A DNA stretch of 64,000 nt from Octopus sinensis. Lineage: Eukaryota. A model generated the notes under the pieces. It was not told the origin of the DNA. It saw only the letters and a program-made list of their open reading frames with translations, and did no database searches. The stretch covers positions 37,200,001-37,264,000 of the forward strand of contig NC_042999.1 of the NCBI RefSeq assembly GCF_006345805.1, in the 5' to 3' direction. Positions 1-13,971 of this stretch are shown in pieces; within the stretch, counting starts at the first letter, position 1; every line of letters begins with the position of its first letter. A program made the position numbers and the translations under genes.

Positions 1-620
1 AGGGTCTATGTTGTGGAGAGAGTACGACACCCTCTGATGAGAATAGACGGGACCATTACATATAAACAGTAGCGGTCTGACGTAGTTAGTAGTTCGTAGT
101 TTGGTCTTCGAAGTCCTAGTATCGTTTACAGTTCGAGTTAGTGTGTTGGAAATATTGATTGTGGGTTCGTAAAAGATTGTTGGTTCGTTGAGTGTTAGTC
201 ACTGCCATTGTTATATCTTGTATTGTTATAACGCTGCTACAGTGTATTCTTTTTCTATCATCGACAATAACAATTGTACTACGATATTGGAGGCGTAAGG
301 ATATAACATCTGGCGGAAGGATATAACGAGTCGACGATAGGTTATTTGATAATTTGTGCGTCATAAAAGTTGTTAATTTATGGAGAACCTATTAGCTTCA
401 GTAACACAACTTCAAGAAAAGCAACAGGAACGACTACAGAAGTTGCAGAAGCAAATATTACAGCAACAACAACAACAGCAGTCAACTGAGTTACAGTCAA
501 GGAAGTCCGAAAGTTCAGTTACGTCAGAAGGCGCGGCAAACTCGATTTCTGAATTCACTTAGGTTCTCCATAAATTAACAACTGGAGCTGTTACAGAAAT
601 ACAATGTTGATTTTCTGGTT
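1..620 (+). mobile_element. Decayed Ty3/gypsy-like LTR element: LTR end, PBS-like site, gag N-terminus
   Basis: ...ataaca (308) is followed by PBS-like tggcggaaggat (311-322). ORF 380-562 has a Q-rich coil ending NSISEFT, then a stop and frameshift, resembling gypsy gag NSIxEFxYD. Resemblance by recall only. Confidence 0.45.
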
Positions 621-1760
621 GGATCAAAGTTAAAAGGTACAAATGAAGCTGCTCAGAGGTGTGACCGAGGAACTTCATTGGATTTTTCATTTTCATTTTC
701 ATCTCATCTTGTTTACATACGTTTTTTGCATTTTTCTTTTTTCTTTGTTTTGTAAGTGCCAGTTACGCACCGGGATCGACGTAATCGACTTAATCCCTTT
801 GTCTGTCCTTGTTTGTCCCCTCTGTGTTTATCCCTCTGTGAGCAATAAAGAAATAAATATAATAAAAGAATAGGATTTACTTACTGAGACCTTGACTGCA
901 ATAGAACAAACATTAAGGGATAAAACTTAATTAGATACGTCATAGAGAGTTTTACTCATATTTGCCGTCATACGTATTTCTAAAGAGTTGTCTAGCGGGT
1001 TGAATAACGAAACGGGTTAAGGATATTTACTTTATCGTAGTTTCTCTGGGCGATTTGATTTTCAGTGGTTCATTTACTGATTGTCAAACGGACGGATTTA
1101 AAACTATTTATAGTCAGCATACTGAGATATTTTGAAAATGTAAGTAAATAATATTTATTTGGTTGGTTAAATGTTTCATAACAGAATTTAGAACAAAAGA
1201 AAGAAATAGATTATATTTTCGCTATATTTTCACATGCGAGAATTAATTTTAGACTCACTCCTGTCTGTGTTTGTCATTAGATATTGGCCTTTAAAGTTTC
1301 AAATGCAGTATTAACCAAAGTCACGCGGGTTCTTTTTTCTTTTTTCCCTTTCCACAAAAGTGGAACTTACACACACACACACACACACACCACACACACA
1401 CACACACACATGCCTTTATATATATGTGTGTGTATACATACATGTACTGTATACATGTGTGTATACATATATATGTATATATATGTATACACACAACACA
1501 TACATACATAATGTATGTATGTATGTATGTATGTATGTATGTATGTATGTATGTATGTATGTATGTATGTATATATTTAATTATTGTTAAATTTAGATCC
1601 CATGGAAAAATCACGTAAACCAGGACTCCCCAGCAACTAGCGAGCAGGTCAGTTCCGGGCCGCAGAGAGATAATAAATTTTAGAATTTAATTTCTGTTTT
1701 ATTGACTAACGCACTGTGCAGGGTGTTTTTGCATTACACACACGCACACACACACACACG

Positions 1761-1800
<40 letters not shown>

Positions 1801-1803
1801 CAC

Positions 1804-1843
<40 letters not shown>

Positions 1844-2329
1844 GATTATGTACGTATGTATGGAATACATTTTTGTTGATCTTACCCCCACAGAACAGTA
1901 CATTATCTATCTATCCATATATATATAAAGATGAGAATATCTGCCTGTATGTCTGTCTGTGTGAATCCCTAAAACTTGTGAACTACACAACCAATTTCAT
2001 TCAAATTTTACACATGCATTACTTAGGGTCTATGTAGTGTCATAGGCCAAAAATGTTTTTAACTTCTTGCCTAGTGCGAGACCAAAGCAATATCATATCT
2101 TCTCCACTATTTCAGTATTACGTTTCAAAAGTGAAACAATAACATCTCTCTATTGTTATTGTTATGTCAGATATTTTCACTTTAATAGTTTCACTTCGAT
2201 GCTGAAACTATTAAAGTGAAACTATTATCTCACATATATACAGGCATACATACAGTAATCTCTTTTAGAGAGACTTAGTAATTTTAATATTTCTATTATT
2301 GAAAACAAGTGAATGTATTCCACCGAAAC

Positions 2330-2610
2330 CAGGTAAATAGATTCTTCGAACAGGGACAGTCAGTAGAGACACCTGCTGGGTCTGACTACGCTGCATTGAT
2401 AAAGGGCAACTACTCTGAAACGCGTCTGCAGCTGTCTGACTAGCAGGATGAAGCGGCTGACCTCCCCTGGTCGAAAGTCTATAATGGACGCAGATTGTGT
2501 GTCAAATAGCTAGCTTGAGACGGTGGCCTCTTGGAGCTAATCATCGACAGCTTTAGTCTTATATCTATAAGATTGCCATATTAGTATGGCGATAACTATT
2601 AATATATATA
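2330..2610 (+). mobile_element. Penelope-like terminal (pLTR-like) fragment
   Basis: Contains ctctgaaacgcgtc, a motif typical of PLE 3' ends; no ORF. Confidence 0.3.
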
Positions 2611-2654
2611 TATGTATATATGTATATATTATATTAAATTAGAGACAAAATATA

Positions 2655-2711
<57 letters not shown>

Positions 2712-2788
2712 GTTTATATATAGATATAGATGTATATGCATACATCTATATGTGTTGATGTATATATATATATATATAGATGGGTTAG

Positions 2789-3018
2789 ACGGCGAGCTGG
2801 CAGAAACGTTAGCGCGCCGGGCGAAATGCGTAGCCGTATTTCGTCTGCCGTTACGTTCTGAGTTCAAATTCTGCCGAGGTTGACTTTGCCTTTCATCCTT
2901 TCGGGGTCGATAAATTAAGTACCAGTTACGCACTGGGGTCGATATAATCGACTTAATCCGTTTGTCTGTCCTTGTTTGTCCCCTCTATGTTTAGCCCCTT
3001 GTGGGCAATAAAGAAATA
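2789..3018 (+). mobile_element. SINE family C monomer (ggcgagctggcagaa...gtgggcaataaagaaata)
   Basis: Near-identical to more than 20 other copies in the window; inserted in a (TA)n tract. Confidence 0.85.
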
Positions 3019-3135
3019 TATATATAGATGTACATGTAATATGTACACATATATATACACATATATACATGCATACATATATACACCCATACTCGCACAC
3101 ACATATATACATGTATGTATATGTGCATATTCATA

Positions 3136-5184
3136 TCTATTATATAAAAGTCAATGTCTTTATGTGTGTTCGTGTGTTACATATACATTCGAAAACTACT
3201 GCACCGATGCTAATGAAACTTGGAACACAAAATCCAAGCCTAGGGAGAAGGGTAATGCTATGTGTTTCATACAATTTCATGGACCAAAATTACTGAATGG
3301 ATCCTTTTGATATTTGGAACTTAGTTTGAATGCATAAGGGCGGGTGTAATGCAATATGTTTGGTTTGAAATTAAGATGGTTAAAGGGGGCAGAACCCCCA
3401 TGAAAATTCATAAATTTTCGATGTTGCTGAAATTTCAACCATGGGTAATTGACACACATCAACAAGTATTCTCAAAGTTTCCACTTCTCATGAGGATTCT
3501 AAGACCCCCTAATAGGGGCCTTAACTCCCAAATTTTAGTCATCTTTTAATGATCCAAAACTCAGTCAAAAGTACTGAATGGATCTTTATGAAATTTGGAA
3601 ATTATATTCTATGCATAAGAGTCATAACCCCCACGCAAATTCATATATTTTGGCTGTTGATGAAATTTTAACCATAGATATTAGACACAAATGAAGTAAT
3701 ATTTATAAAATTTCATCTTCTTAGAAATTAGGAAGACCCCTTCATGGGGACTTAACACCCACAATTTAGTCATTTTTATCAAATCAAAGACGGATACAGT
3801 TGTACTGTTTGAAGCTGTAGGGTCATCTGAGCTTAAAAGATGAGCATTATTTGTAATTCAATGGTACAACAGTGTAAGAGTTTGCTTTCAGATATACTTA
3901 AATTGTGATTTCTGCAATGTGCTGCATAAATTGTCAAGTAAATGAGAGGCATCTTTGCCTCCACTGATTCTGTTGCAAAGTGTTCAGTAAAGTTATTTGG
4001 TTGCAGACCTCCTTTCAGTCTTTTTATTATCACTGGGTCACACATAGTCCCCAGATGGTAACATTGATTTCCCAGATGAGTGACTGGTTATTCAAAGACA
4101 TTTATAGATTGTAAATTTATTCTGTCCAGTTACCTATCGGTATAGTGGTCATTTGCAAACTATTTCATTTCTCCTTAGCCCTCACGTCACACAGTTGTTA
4201 ATGTTTATTTCAGTTGGGTCACGCTCTTCCAATAGCTATAGATCCGTAATGCATCTTACGGCTGTGCCTGTCACCTGTATGGTGAAGAATCCTACATTGG
4301 GAGTGGTAACAACCAGGGTAGGGTAACTGACTGCTTATTGTGATCTTTCGTCTATTGGTTTCCTGTAGCTTTGCTCTCTTTTACAAACCCAGTGAACATA
4401 CATATATTTTCTACTAGCAGTATCGCCCGGCGTTGCTCAGGTTTGTAAGGGAAATAACTATAAAGCAGTTTTAGAGAGTTATAGCCAAAAAATAGCAAAA
4501 AAATGGAAAAAAATGATGGTAAATTTTTTTTTGAGTTAAAAAAGGTGGAGTTGCGTCCCCTAGACAGTTTGCGGTTTGTGTTTCTGATTCTCGCCCCCAT
4601 GTCGAATTTATCGATTTTTTTCAGAACTGGGGGAACTTTTCAAAATTTTCGCTGCGTTAGTTTTGAATTATGACATTGGGCTATGTGTGTGTCAAGTTTC
4701 ATCAGAATCGGTTGAAAGCCGTGGTCAGGGTGAGGATACAAGCAAACAGACACACAGAAACACGCACAGACAAACTGCCGTTTATATAGAGAGAGATTTC
4801 AAAGACATTTAAATAATACATATAAAACCCAAGTTAAAAAGATTCTCAACAATTCAACTTCTCTGGTTGACATTAAGACACCTACCCCCAATAGGGGCAT
4901 TAACTACCACATTTTAGAGCTCCATGACCTCCATTTTTCAGGAGCAAAATCCTTTTAACAGGTTCCATAAGACTGGAATTTTGGAATCTGCGCATAAAGA
5001 TCAGTAGTATGGGATACATGTGTCATGATTAGAATTTTCTAGGGTGTGTAAAGAGGGAAAGAAGCCTCATCTGCAATTTTGATGAAATTCGAATCAAGTA
5101 TTCCAGTTCATTTGAGAAAATATAACAGAAAAGTCTAATTCTTCAATTGCATGTAATACGGGCAACGCCGGGTATCTCTGCAAG
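3136..5184 (+). mobile_element. Putative ~2-kb non-autonomous Helitron with internal sub-repeats and a nested Helitron
   Basis: Starts A|TCtattatataaaag and ends cgggcaacgccgggtatctctgCAAG|T, the same 3' motif as the other Helitrons here but CAAG for CTAG. Internal repeats near 3500, 3735 and 4875. Confidence 0.45.
4414..4796 (-). mobile_element. Non-autonomous Helitron
   Basis: Minus strand reads A|TCtctctatataaac...gagcaacgccgggcgatactgCTAG|T: TC/CTAG termini, A-T insertion site, subterminal GC hairpin, no TSD. Confidence 0.7.
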
Positions 5185-5195
5185 TATATATATAT

Positions 5196-5414
5196 CTTTT
5201 ACTCTCTTTTACTTGTTTCAGTCATTTGACTGCGGCCATGCTGGAGCACCGCCTTTAATCGAGCAACTCGCCCCCGGGACTTATTCTTTTGTAAGCCCAG
5301 TACTTATTCTATCGGTCTCTTTTGCCGAACCGCTAAGTAACGGGGACATAAACACACCAGCATCGGTTGTCAAGAAATGTTAGGAGGACAAACACAGACA
5401 CACAAACACACACA

Positions 5415-5456
<42 letters not shown>

Positions 5457-5621
5457 TACGACGGGCTTCTTTCAGTTTCCGTCTACCAAATCCACTCACA
5501 ATGCTTTGGTCGGCCCGAGGCTATAGTAGAAGACACTTGCCCAAGGTACCACGCAGTGGGACTGAACCCGGAACCATGTGGTTGGTAAACAAGCTACTTA
5601 CCACACAGCAACTCCTGCGCC
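5196..5621 (-). mobile_element. SINE family A (tRNA-like head, CORE-like segment, internal microsatellite, (GTAAAAGA)-type tail); probably Octopus OR-type
   Basis: Near-identical to the copies at 37935-38343 and 45371-45796. CORE-like ccttgggcaagtgtctt. Family name from recall. Confidence 0.8.
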
Positions 5622-5632
5622 TATATATATAT

Positions 5633-5682
<50 letters not shown>

Positions 5683-5840
5683 GAAATGAGGTAATCAGAA
5701 GATCGGATGGTTTATATTTACAGATATTTATTTATATATTACATTTTTTACATATATATCATATCACTTAGATCATTAGCGCTTTCTCCCATTCTAGTGG
5801 GGTTTTCAAATCAAATATTATATATATATAATATATATAT

Positions 5841-6058
5841 GTGGAGGCGCAATGGCCTAGTGGTTAGGGCAGCGGACTTGCGGTCGGAGGATCGCGGTTT
5901 CGATTCCCAGACCGGGCGTTGTGTGTGTTTATTGAGCGAAAAAAACACCTAAAAGCTCCACGAGGCTCCGGCGGGATGTGGTGATCCTGCTGTACTCTTT
6001 CACCACTCTAAAGGCGGTGCTCCAGCATGGCCGCAGTCAAATGACTGAAACAAGTACA
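5841..6058 (+). mobile_element. Chimeric SINE: family B head and L1 linker joined to the family A 3' tail
   Basis: gtggaggcgcaatggcctagtgg...ctctttcaccac is followed directly by aaggcggtgctccagcatggccgcagtcaaatgactgaaacaagta. Confidence 0.8.
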
Positions 6059-6850
6059 AAATATATATATATATTATATATATATATATATATATAAATG
6101 AAAAGAAAATAGAAATTTACGATTGCAATTTATATTGCAATATTGCAATATTGCAATTTATTAACATAATATTACATTATTGCTATAATATAATATGATA
6201 TAATATAAATATTAAATATTGAATATAATCCTACTATTGTTTCAATTCAGACGCAATGATAAATTTATAAACATTCATGTTTATGGGTAAGAATCTCATT
6301 AGGGAAATATTTTAACAAAATTACATATGAGGATGTTTAGATCCTAGAAGAGACTGAATTAAATATGGAATTTTTTTGAATAAATTGTCTGAATAATATG
6401 TATTTTTCCTAATAATGGAAGAATAAAGGAGATGTTTCCTATTTCGCCATAGATTCTTAGCATATTATTTCTGTTTATTTTTTAAACTAATGCGCAAAAA
6501 TATATTTAGATTAATATTCTTAAAAGTACTCAAACATATTTTATGATCGTTATATTAGTTTTTATTTATTTATTTTAAAATTTATTTTAATTTTTTGTTT
6601 TCATTATATATTTAAAAAAATTATTGACGTCACGCTTACAAGTAAGTATAAACATATTTAATTCAGACTGCTCTACGATCTAAACATCTTCATATTAGTT
6701 TTTGTCAAGTGTTTTCCTGATGAGATTCTTTCCCATAAACATGAATTTTTATAAATTTATTATTGTCTCTGAATCGAACCAATTGTAGGATTATACTTAT
6801 ATATTATATTATATTATATTATATTATATTATATCATATTATATAATATA

Positions 6851-6900
<50 letters not shown>

Positions 6901-6901
<1 letters not shown>

Positions 6902-7745
6902 GGGCTAAAAGCAGAGAGCGAAGGTTTCATCCTGGCTGCTCAAGATCAAAGCCTATTAACCCGGAACTACCAGGCCAATGTGATGAAAAATGGAGCAGAC
7001 CCAAAATGCCGATTCTGCAACGACATGATTGAAACAGTGGACCACCTAATCTCTGGATGTAAAGTCTTAGAACCAGTGGAGTATAAATTAAGACATGACA
7101 GAGTTGGCCAATATCTCCACTGGCTAATAAGTCGGCATTACAATATCAAAACTGCTGACAAGTGGTATAATCACCACCCTGAGGCTGTAACTGAAGGAGA
7201 AAATGTAACCATTCTGTGGGACTTTCCAGTACATACAGACAGAACCATCAAGGCCAATAAACCAGATATTGTTGTGAAAGACCAAAACAATAAAGTTTGC
7301 TTATTGATCGACATGAGCATCCCCTGTGATCATAATATCTCAGCGAAAGAGTTTGACAAGCTCAGAAAATATAAAGACCTACTCATTGAAATTGAGAAAA
7401 TGTGGCATCTCAAGGCGGTTACAATACCAGTGATCGTAGGAGCACTAGGAATGATCAAGAAGGGAACCGAAAATTATATGAGAATGATCCCTGGCTTACC
7501 ATCCCTGCAAGAAGTGCAAAAGATTGTCTTAACTGGTACATCACACGTATTGAGAAGAGCATTGTCGATGTGAGAACTGTTGCTGCTCATGTATTTTAAT
7601 TTAACTATAAAAAGAAAAAAAAAATGAACGAACTACTGAGTTTGGTTTAATGGCCTACCAATGTATGCTATGAGTTTCTTTGCCCTAGGAGTCGGGAAGA
7701 CACTCGGCAAGAAATGGAAGCAAATTTGAAAGAAGAAAAAAAAAG
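6901..7745 (+). mobile_element. 5'-truncated R4/Dong-like non-LTR retrotransposon (CCHC zinc finger plus restriction-like endonuclease) in (TAA)n
   Basis: Open frame 6902-7573: GLKAESEGFILAAQDQ, CRFC...ETVDHLISGC, KPDIVV...LLIDMSIP...KLRKY. (AAT)n immediately 5', and an A-rich end followed by (AAT)n 3'. Confidence 0.85.
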
Positions 7746-7947
7746 TAATAATAATGATAATAATAATAATATAATATTATGTTAATGAATTAAAATATGT
7801 CAATCGTAAATCTCCATTTTCTTTTCGTTTTTGTATACTGAATTATGGAAAAGTTTTCTTTGTTATACTGGGTATTAAACCGCCAAACCAGTGAAAAATT
7901 AGATGTTTCCATCCCTAAAAAGGAGACTATTTTCCTTGTTTGGAAAA

Positions 7948-9167
7948 AACGAATTAGTCATTAGACTATATATTATTCACATAGATATACAATAAGAGGC
8001 TTCCAAATAAGAAAGCCGTGTGCTAGAAAGAGCAGTAGAAAAACTCAAACCACCAAATAAGGATATATATATATATATAAAATATAAAATAAGGATATAT
8101 ATATTTATATACATATATATATATATATATATAAACATAATAAATAGGGTAATAATAAATTATTATTACCAGTGGCCTAGCACAAAAAACGAATTAGTCA
8201 TTAGACTATATATTATTCACATAGAAATACAATAAGAGACTTCCAAATAAGAAAGCCTTGTGCTAGAAAGAGCAGTAGAAAAACTCAAACCACCAAATAA
8301 GGATAAATTCTCGAAAGGAATGAAAATTAAAAACGTTTACCATCTCAACTATTTCCCAGACAATGGTTTCTAACTATTTCCAGCAAAAAAATATTCGCTG
8401 AAGGTCAGTTTCATCAGTGGGACAGCCTTTAGATTTCAAATACACAGACAGCCAGATCCACATGTAAAACTAACTGCCTGTATATTCTAACTTTTCAAAC
8501 CACTGCGCTGACGCAGATTATACCCGGCGACAGAGAGGATGCCGGTAAAAATTTCGAACAAATTTATCAAAGAATATTTAAACATAATAAATAACAATAG
8601 GGTAATAATAAATTATTATTACCAGTGGCCTTACACAAAAAACGAATTAGTCATTAGACTATATATTATTCACATATAAATACAATAAGAGACTTCCAAA
8701 TAAGAAAGCCTTGTGCTAGAAAGAGCAGTAGAAAAACTCAAACCACCAAATAAGGATAAATTCTCGAAAGGAATGAAAATTAAAAACGTTTACCATCTCA
8801 ACTATTTCCCAGATAATGGTTTCTAACTATTTCCAGCAAAAAAATATTCGCTGAAGGTCAGTTTCATCAGTGGGACAGCCTTTAGATTTCAAATACACAG
8901 ACAGCCAGATCCACATGTAAAACTAACTGCCTGTATATTCTAACTTTTCAAACCACTGCGCTGACGCAGATTATACCAGGCGACAGAGAGGATGCCGGTA
9001 AAAATTTCGAACAAATTTATCAAAGAATATTTAAACATAATAAATAACAATAGGGTAATAATAAATTATTATTACCAGTGGCCTTACACAAAAAACGAAT
9101 TAGTCATTAGACTATATATTATTCACATGGAAATACAATAAGAGGCTTTCCTATTTGGAAGCCTCTT

Positions 9168-9172
<5 letters not shown>
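7948..9172. repeat. 453-bp tandem duplication array ending in a fold-back
   Basis: Anchor aacgaattagtcattagac occurs at 7948, 8188, 8641 and 9094 (period 453 for the last three). Confidence 0.9.
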
Positions 9173-9244
<72 letters not shown>

Positions 9245-9247
<3 letters not shown>

Positions 9248-9375
9248 GGTGTCCCCAAAAAAATGTATACACACCTTAAATAATTGTAATTTGTTATTCT
9301 TTGTAAGCCTAGAACTTATTCTATCGTTCTCTTTTGCCGAACCACTATGTGTATACATTTTTTTGGGACACCCTG
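9245..9375. mobile_element. Tc1/mariner-type MITE
   Basis: TA|cagggtgtccccaaaaaaatgtatacac ... gtgtatacatttttttgggacaccctg|TA. The interior contains a fragment of SINE A. Confidence 0.8.
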
Positions 9376-9639
9376 TATATGTATGTGTGTGTGTGTGATC
9401 TTAAAAATTAAAAAAAAACCCACAAATCTTGTTATAATAGCTACCAAGAGTTTCCTAGTCGAAATAATTATTCAATCCACCATTATACCATTATTTATCA
9501 AACAGAAAACAAGAGCGTTTGTCAGTTGTCCTTTGAGCAGATAACATTTAAACAAGAGACGCCGGTAAAGAAGAAAACAAGGAAAACACAAGGAAGATAA
9601 CCAACGTTACAATAATTCAATGTCAAGCAGATGTAAACC

Positions 9640-10060
9640 AGATGTCAATCGTTTACTATGTGCCCGGTGGTCTACTTTTAAGTTCCGCGAAGATGAATTT
9701 CCGGAAATATGGACATACAAAAAAAATCCCGTTCCTCGAATTTAGATATTTGTTGGAGGCTCTCCCTTGTTTATGGAGCAGAGGTTTCAGCAAACTACAA
9801 CAATGGTCGTTCAGATATGAAATGTTATATTGGAGCCGTGGAAGGAAAATTTAAATCGAGGTATAACAACCATCTTTCGAACTTTAGGTACCGTGATAAG
9901 AAGCATTTAACAATCATTTCGGCTTCAATCTGGAAGGGACACATTTCGACATCGAATGGATAATCTTCTCTAAACCCAAGCCCTATATTAACGGGTTTAA
10001 AAAATGCTTAGTGTGTCCCATTGAAAAACTGTATCTATAAAAAAAAAACTTGTAATTTCC
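9640..10060 (+). mobile_element. Penelope-like element relic (GIY-YIG endonuclease)
   Basis: CYIGAVEGKFKSRYNNHLSNFR...SIWK, followed by frameshifted KPKPYINGFKKCLVCPIEKL. Confidence 0.7.
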
Positions 10061-10179
10061 CTGGGTAGCTGAATTTACAAGATTTGTGGCTTTTAAATTT
10101 TATTTTAAGATTGTTTTTACTCTCTAAGCTGATCGACTGCATTTTTACTTGTTGAATCATTACCACAATATATATATAT

Positions 10180-10482
10180 CAAGTGATCACCGTGACCGAT
10201 CAGGCTATCAAATGTTGCTACACATCGCAGGTCACAATGCGCCTCGCATTGTTTTAGCCTTCAAATGACGCCACCTCAATGGCTAAGCGAGCAGGCCAAC
10301 AGGTGAAAGAATGAGAGAAAGTTGTGACGAAAGAGTACAGCAGGGATCGCCACCATCCACTGCCGGAGCGTCGTGGAGCTTTAGGTGTTTTCGCTCAATA
10401 AACACTCACAACGCCCGGTCTGGGAATCGAAACCACGATCCTACGACCACGAGACCACTGCCCTAACCACTGGGCCATTGCA
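10180..10482 (-). mobile_element. SINE family B (tRNA-like head, linker L1, body B3)
   Basis: Homologous to 42350-42660 (-) and to the 3' fragment at 21246-21360 (+). Confidence 0.8.
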
Positions 10483-10738
10483 TAACGAAGACATGACACG
10501 ATGAAGGTAAAGACAATTGAGAAATTTGAAAAGTTAACACGAAACCGGTAGTTTCTCCCAAAACTATGTTACTATATGCAACATTTTATAACATTCTTCT
10601 AACATAACGACTTAAATATATTCTTTAACTTTATAAAACAAGCGTTCTGTACTTTTTCACTCTTTTCTATTTTCTATATATCCAACAACGTGCTTTCACA
10701 CATCAACATTCTCACCTATATATAAATATATATATATA

Positions 10739-10790
<52 letters not shown>

Positions 10791-10860
10791 TGTGTGTGTG
10801 TGTATATGTATATATATATATGTATATATGTATATATATATGTATATATGTATATATGTA

Positions 10861-10942
<82 letters not shown>

Positions 10943-12374
10943 TATCTATCTATCAATACGTGTATGTGTATGTGTATGTATTATATGATTAAATTATATA
11001 TTGAGCACTTTATTGTTTCGTTATGCACATGGTCCTCGGTTTCTTGCATGAAACCGGTCTGTAGTTCAAAAATGGTTGGATACCGTTGATGTAAACCATA
11101 TTGTTAAGAGAAATATGTATATTAGCCAGTTAATTGTGAAACAGTTGTTTTCTCTTAGTGTGAGAATGAAAACCGGACAAATATTTAAATTTATTAAGTT
11201 CATTAACTGAAGTTAGACATTTAGTATTCTACTACAAATAGTTGAAATAGCTAACTACTTCCATGTTAATCCAGTAGATTTCTATTGTAAATCGTTTGCA
11301 TTTATGAATTTCTTATTCAACCTCTTAACATATTATCTCGTATATTTTCGTTCAGAGATGTCTAGTAAATATATATTTGGACGAAAATATACGTTCACTG
11401 TATTCTGAGGTATCTATCACTTATTTCTAACCCGAAATACTTTCTTCATGATGTTATTCCTGCTTTCTATCATTAACTATCATTTCCATCAGTAACTGCA
11501 CAATAATTCATAACAGATTTAAAATGATTTGTGTACTTATATACAGATTCAAAATAGATAATAATAAAATAATTTTTGCATGGAAATTAAAATAATGTGT
11601 GGACGTTAAGAGGTTAATTTCGACGAGGTTTATTTATAAGTATATTAGTGAGTACTTTTTATGTATGAATTTGTCTGTGACACATGATTTCAGATAAATA
11701 TAGAAGGGAAAAAAATGTGATTGTGTAAACGTTCAGGCATTTCAAAAGAGCATGTATTTATTTTGAATTGTTACAAAGGTTTGGTATTTTAGGAAGTGCA
11801 TTTGCAGTAATGAATTTGTTAAACAACATAATGCCCGTCGTGTTCTTTCTTTCAATAGTATTTCATAACTATAAGAGATGACAGACGAAAACTTTGACCT
11901 TGGGGTATTACAAACTGGAAGTGTAAATAGAGCTAAAGAGTGTAAAAACCGTTGATCCATGTGTACACACACACACACACAAAACATGTGTGTACTATTA
12001 CATAGTACATACATATATTACATAGTGTGTACTATTACAAAAGAAGCGTTCCAGCGATTCTTATGAAGGACAGCCAAACGGCCCGACACGCATTATCCCC
12101 TGGGTAGACTTCACACTTCTTTTGTAGGTTTGGTTGAGGAAATTGAAGCAGGATCTGTTTAAAAGGAAAGACATGTGCAAAACGGATGCCGGAGCTGGTG
12201 AGGCCGAAATCATAGACGTTGTATTCGAGCAGCAGGCTGACATCTGAAAGAGCGGGTTCGATTATGTGGAGCCGTTGGATGATGTCATCACAGCTGCAGT
12301 GTCTGGAAAAGGTTAGTTGTATAAGGCCTTAGGATCTGAAAGAAGAGCCGGAAAATCTTGTATAGAAGAGAGGA

Positions 12375-12441
<67 letters not shown>

Positions 12442-13971
12442 TGACGTGTTGGATAATGTAATACAAAATGAAGAAACAATTCGGGGATGGGAGTCTCAAT
12501 AAATAGCAGCCGCCAAATTTCTCTGGACATCCAACTTAGCACGAAACATTTTATTCGCATGCTTATCATTATGTTCGAGAGCCACGTATAATGGTTTATC
12601 AGTAGTTCAAATTCTTTTACTTCCTCCGTCTGTGCAAACACTAAACTTATCTGTCAATGTCTTAGCCAGGTATTACAAGTTATCATTCTAAGCCGCAGCT
12701 GCCGTGTAAAATTGACGGGTGGCTCGTTGATACGATTGTTGTGCTGAGTTTGATCACCGCTCCACTCCACAGAGGAAGTTACTGGAAAATGACTGGCGTC
12801 ATATCCACGAGTAGATTTTGATATTCTCTCGGTTGTTGAACAGTAGAAAAATCACCGATTCAGAGGGCTTTTAGACTTCATGAATCCATAACTGTTCCCA
12901 TCACCATAGATATTGGTCACGATGACGATGACAATGACTTGATAACGATGATGCAGAAGATGATGATCCTTCTCTTCCTCCCCATGAAATTTCAGGCCTT
13001 GTGCCTATAGTAGAAAGTATCATTATCATCCAAGGCGGTGGATTGACAGAATAGTTAGATCATCGGGAAAACAAAAAAAAAAAAAACGCTTTGTGGTGTT
13101 TGTTCCGATTTTTTACGTTCTGACTTTGAATTTCGCTGTGATCAAGCATGCCTTTCATCTTCTCGGAGTCGATAAAATAAAGTATCTGTCAAGTGGTTGG
13201 GTCGAATGTATCGACCCAACCACTTGCCGTACGATCCCTGGTCTTGTACCAAAATTTGAAGCCAAAGGCGACAAACTAGCTGAGTCGTTAGCGCGCCATA
13301 CAAAAGGCTTAGCCAGCATTTCTTCTCGTTCTTTACGTTCTGAGTTCAAATACCACCGAGGTCGACTTTGTCTTTCATCTTTTCGGGGTCGATAAAATAA
13401 TTACCAGTTAAGCATCGAGATCAAAGTAATCGGTTGGATTCTTCCTCAAAAATTTCAGGGCTTTATCGATAATAGAAAGGATTATTATTGTTATTATTAA
13501 GGCGGCGAGCTTGCAATATCCTTACTGCACTGGAGAAAGTGCTTAGCGGCATTTCTTCCGACTTTACGTTCTGCGTTCATATGCCGCCGGTGTCGACTTT
13601 ACCTCTCATCCTTTCGGGGTCGATAAAATAAATACCAGTTGAGCACTCGGGTCGATGTAATCAACTTGCTTCTTCCACTACAATTGCTGGCCTTGTAACA
13701 AAATTTGAAACCATCATCATTATTATTATCATCATCCAGTGCCGTAGATTAGCTGAATCTTTAGCGTGTCGAGTATTCACATGAACGTAGCTCCCAACGA
13801 CTGATACGTAAGCAAGGACGGAGCTTCGTCAAGTTCGGGACCCATCCAACGTTGTGTATATATATAGTATACTTATATACACAATATACAAATATTAGAC
13901 ATCCAATGGTGGATCTACTTTCATAATGTAAGATCTCCTCGACCGAGATTCTGAGTACTATCTAAGTCATT

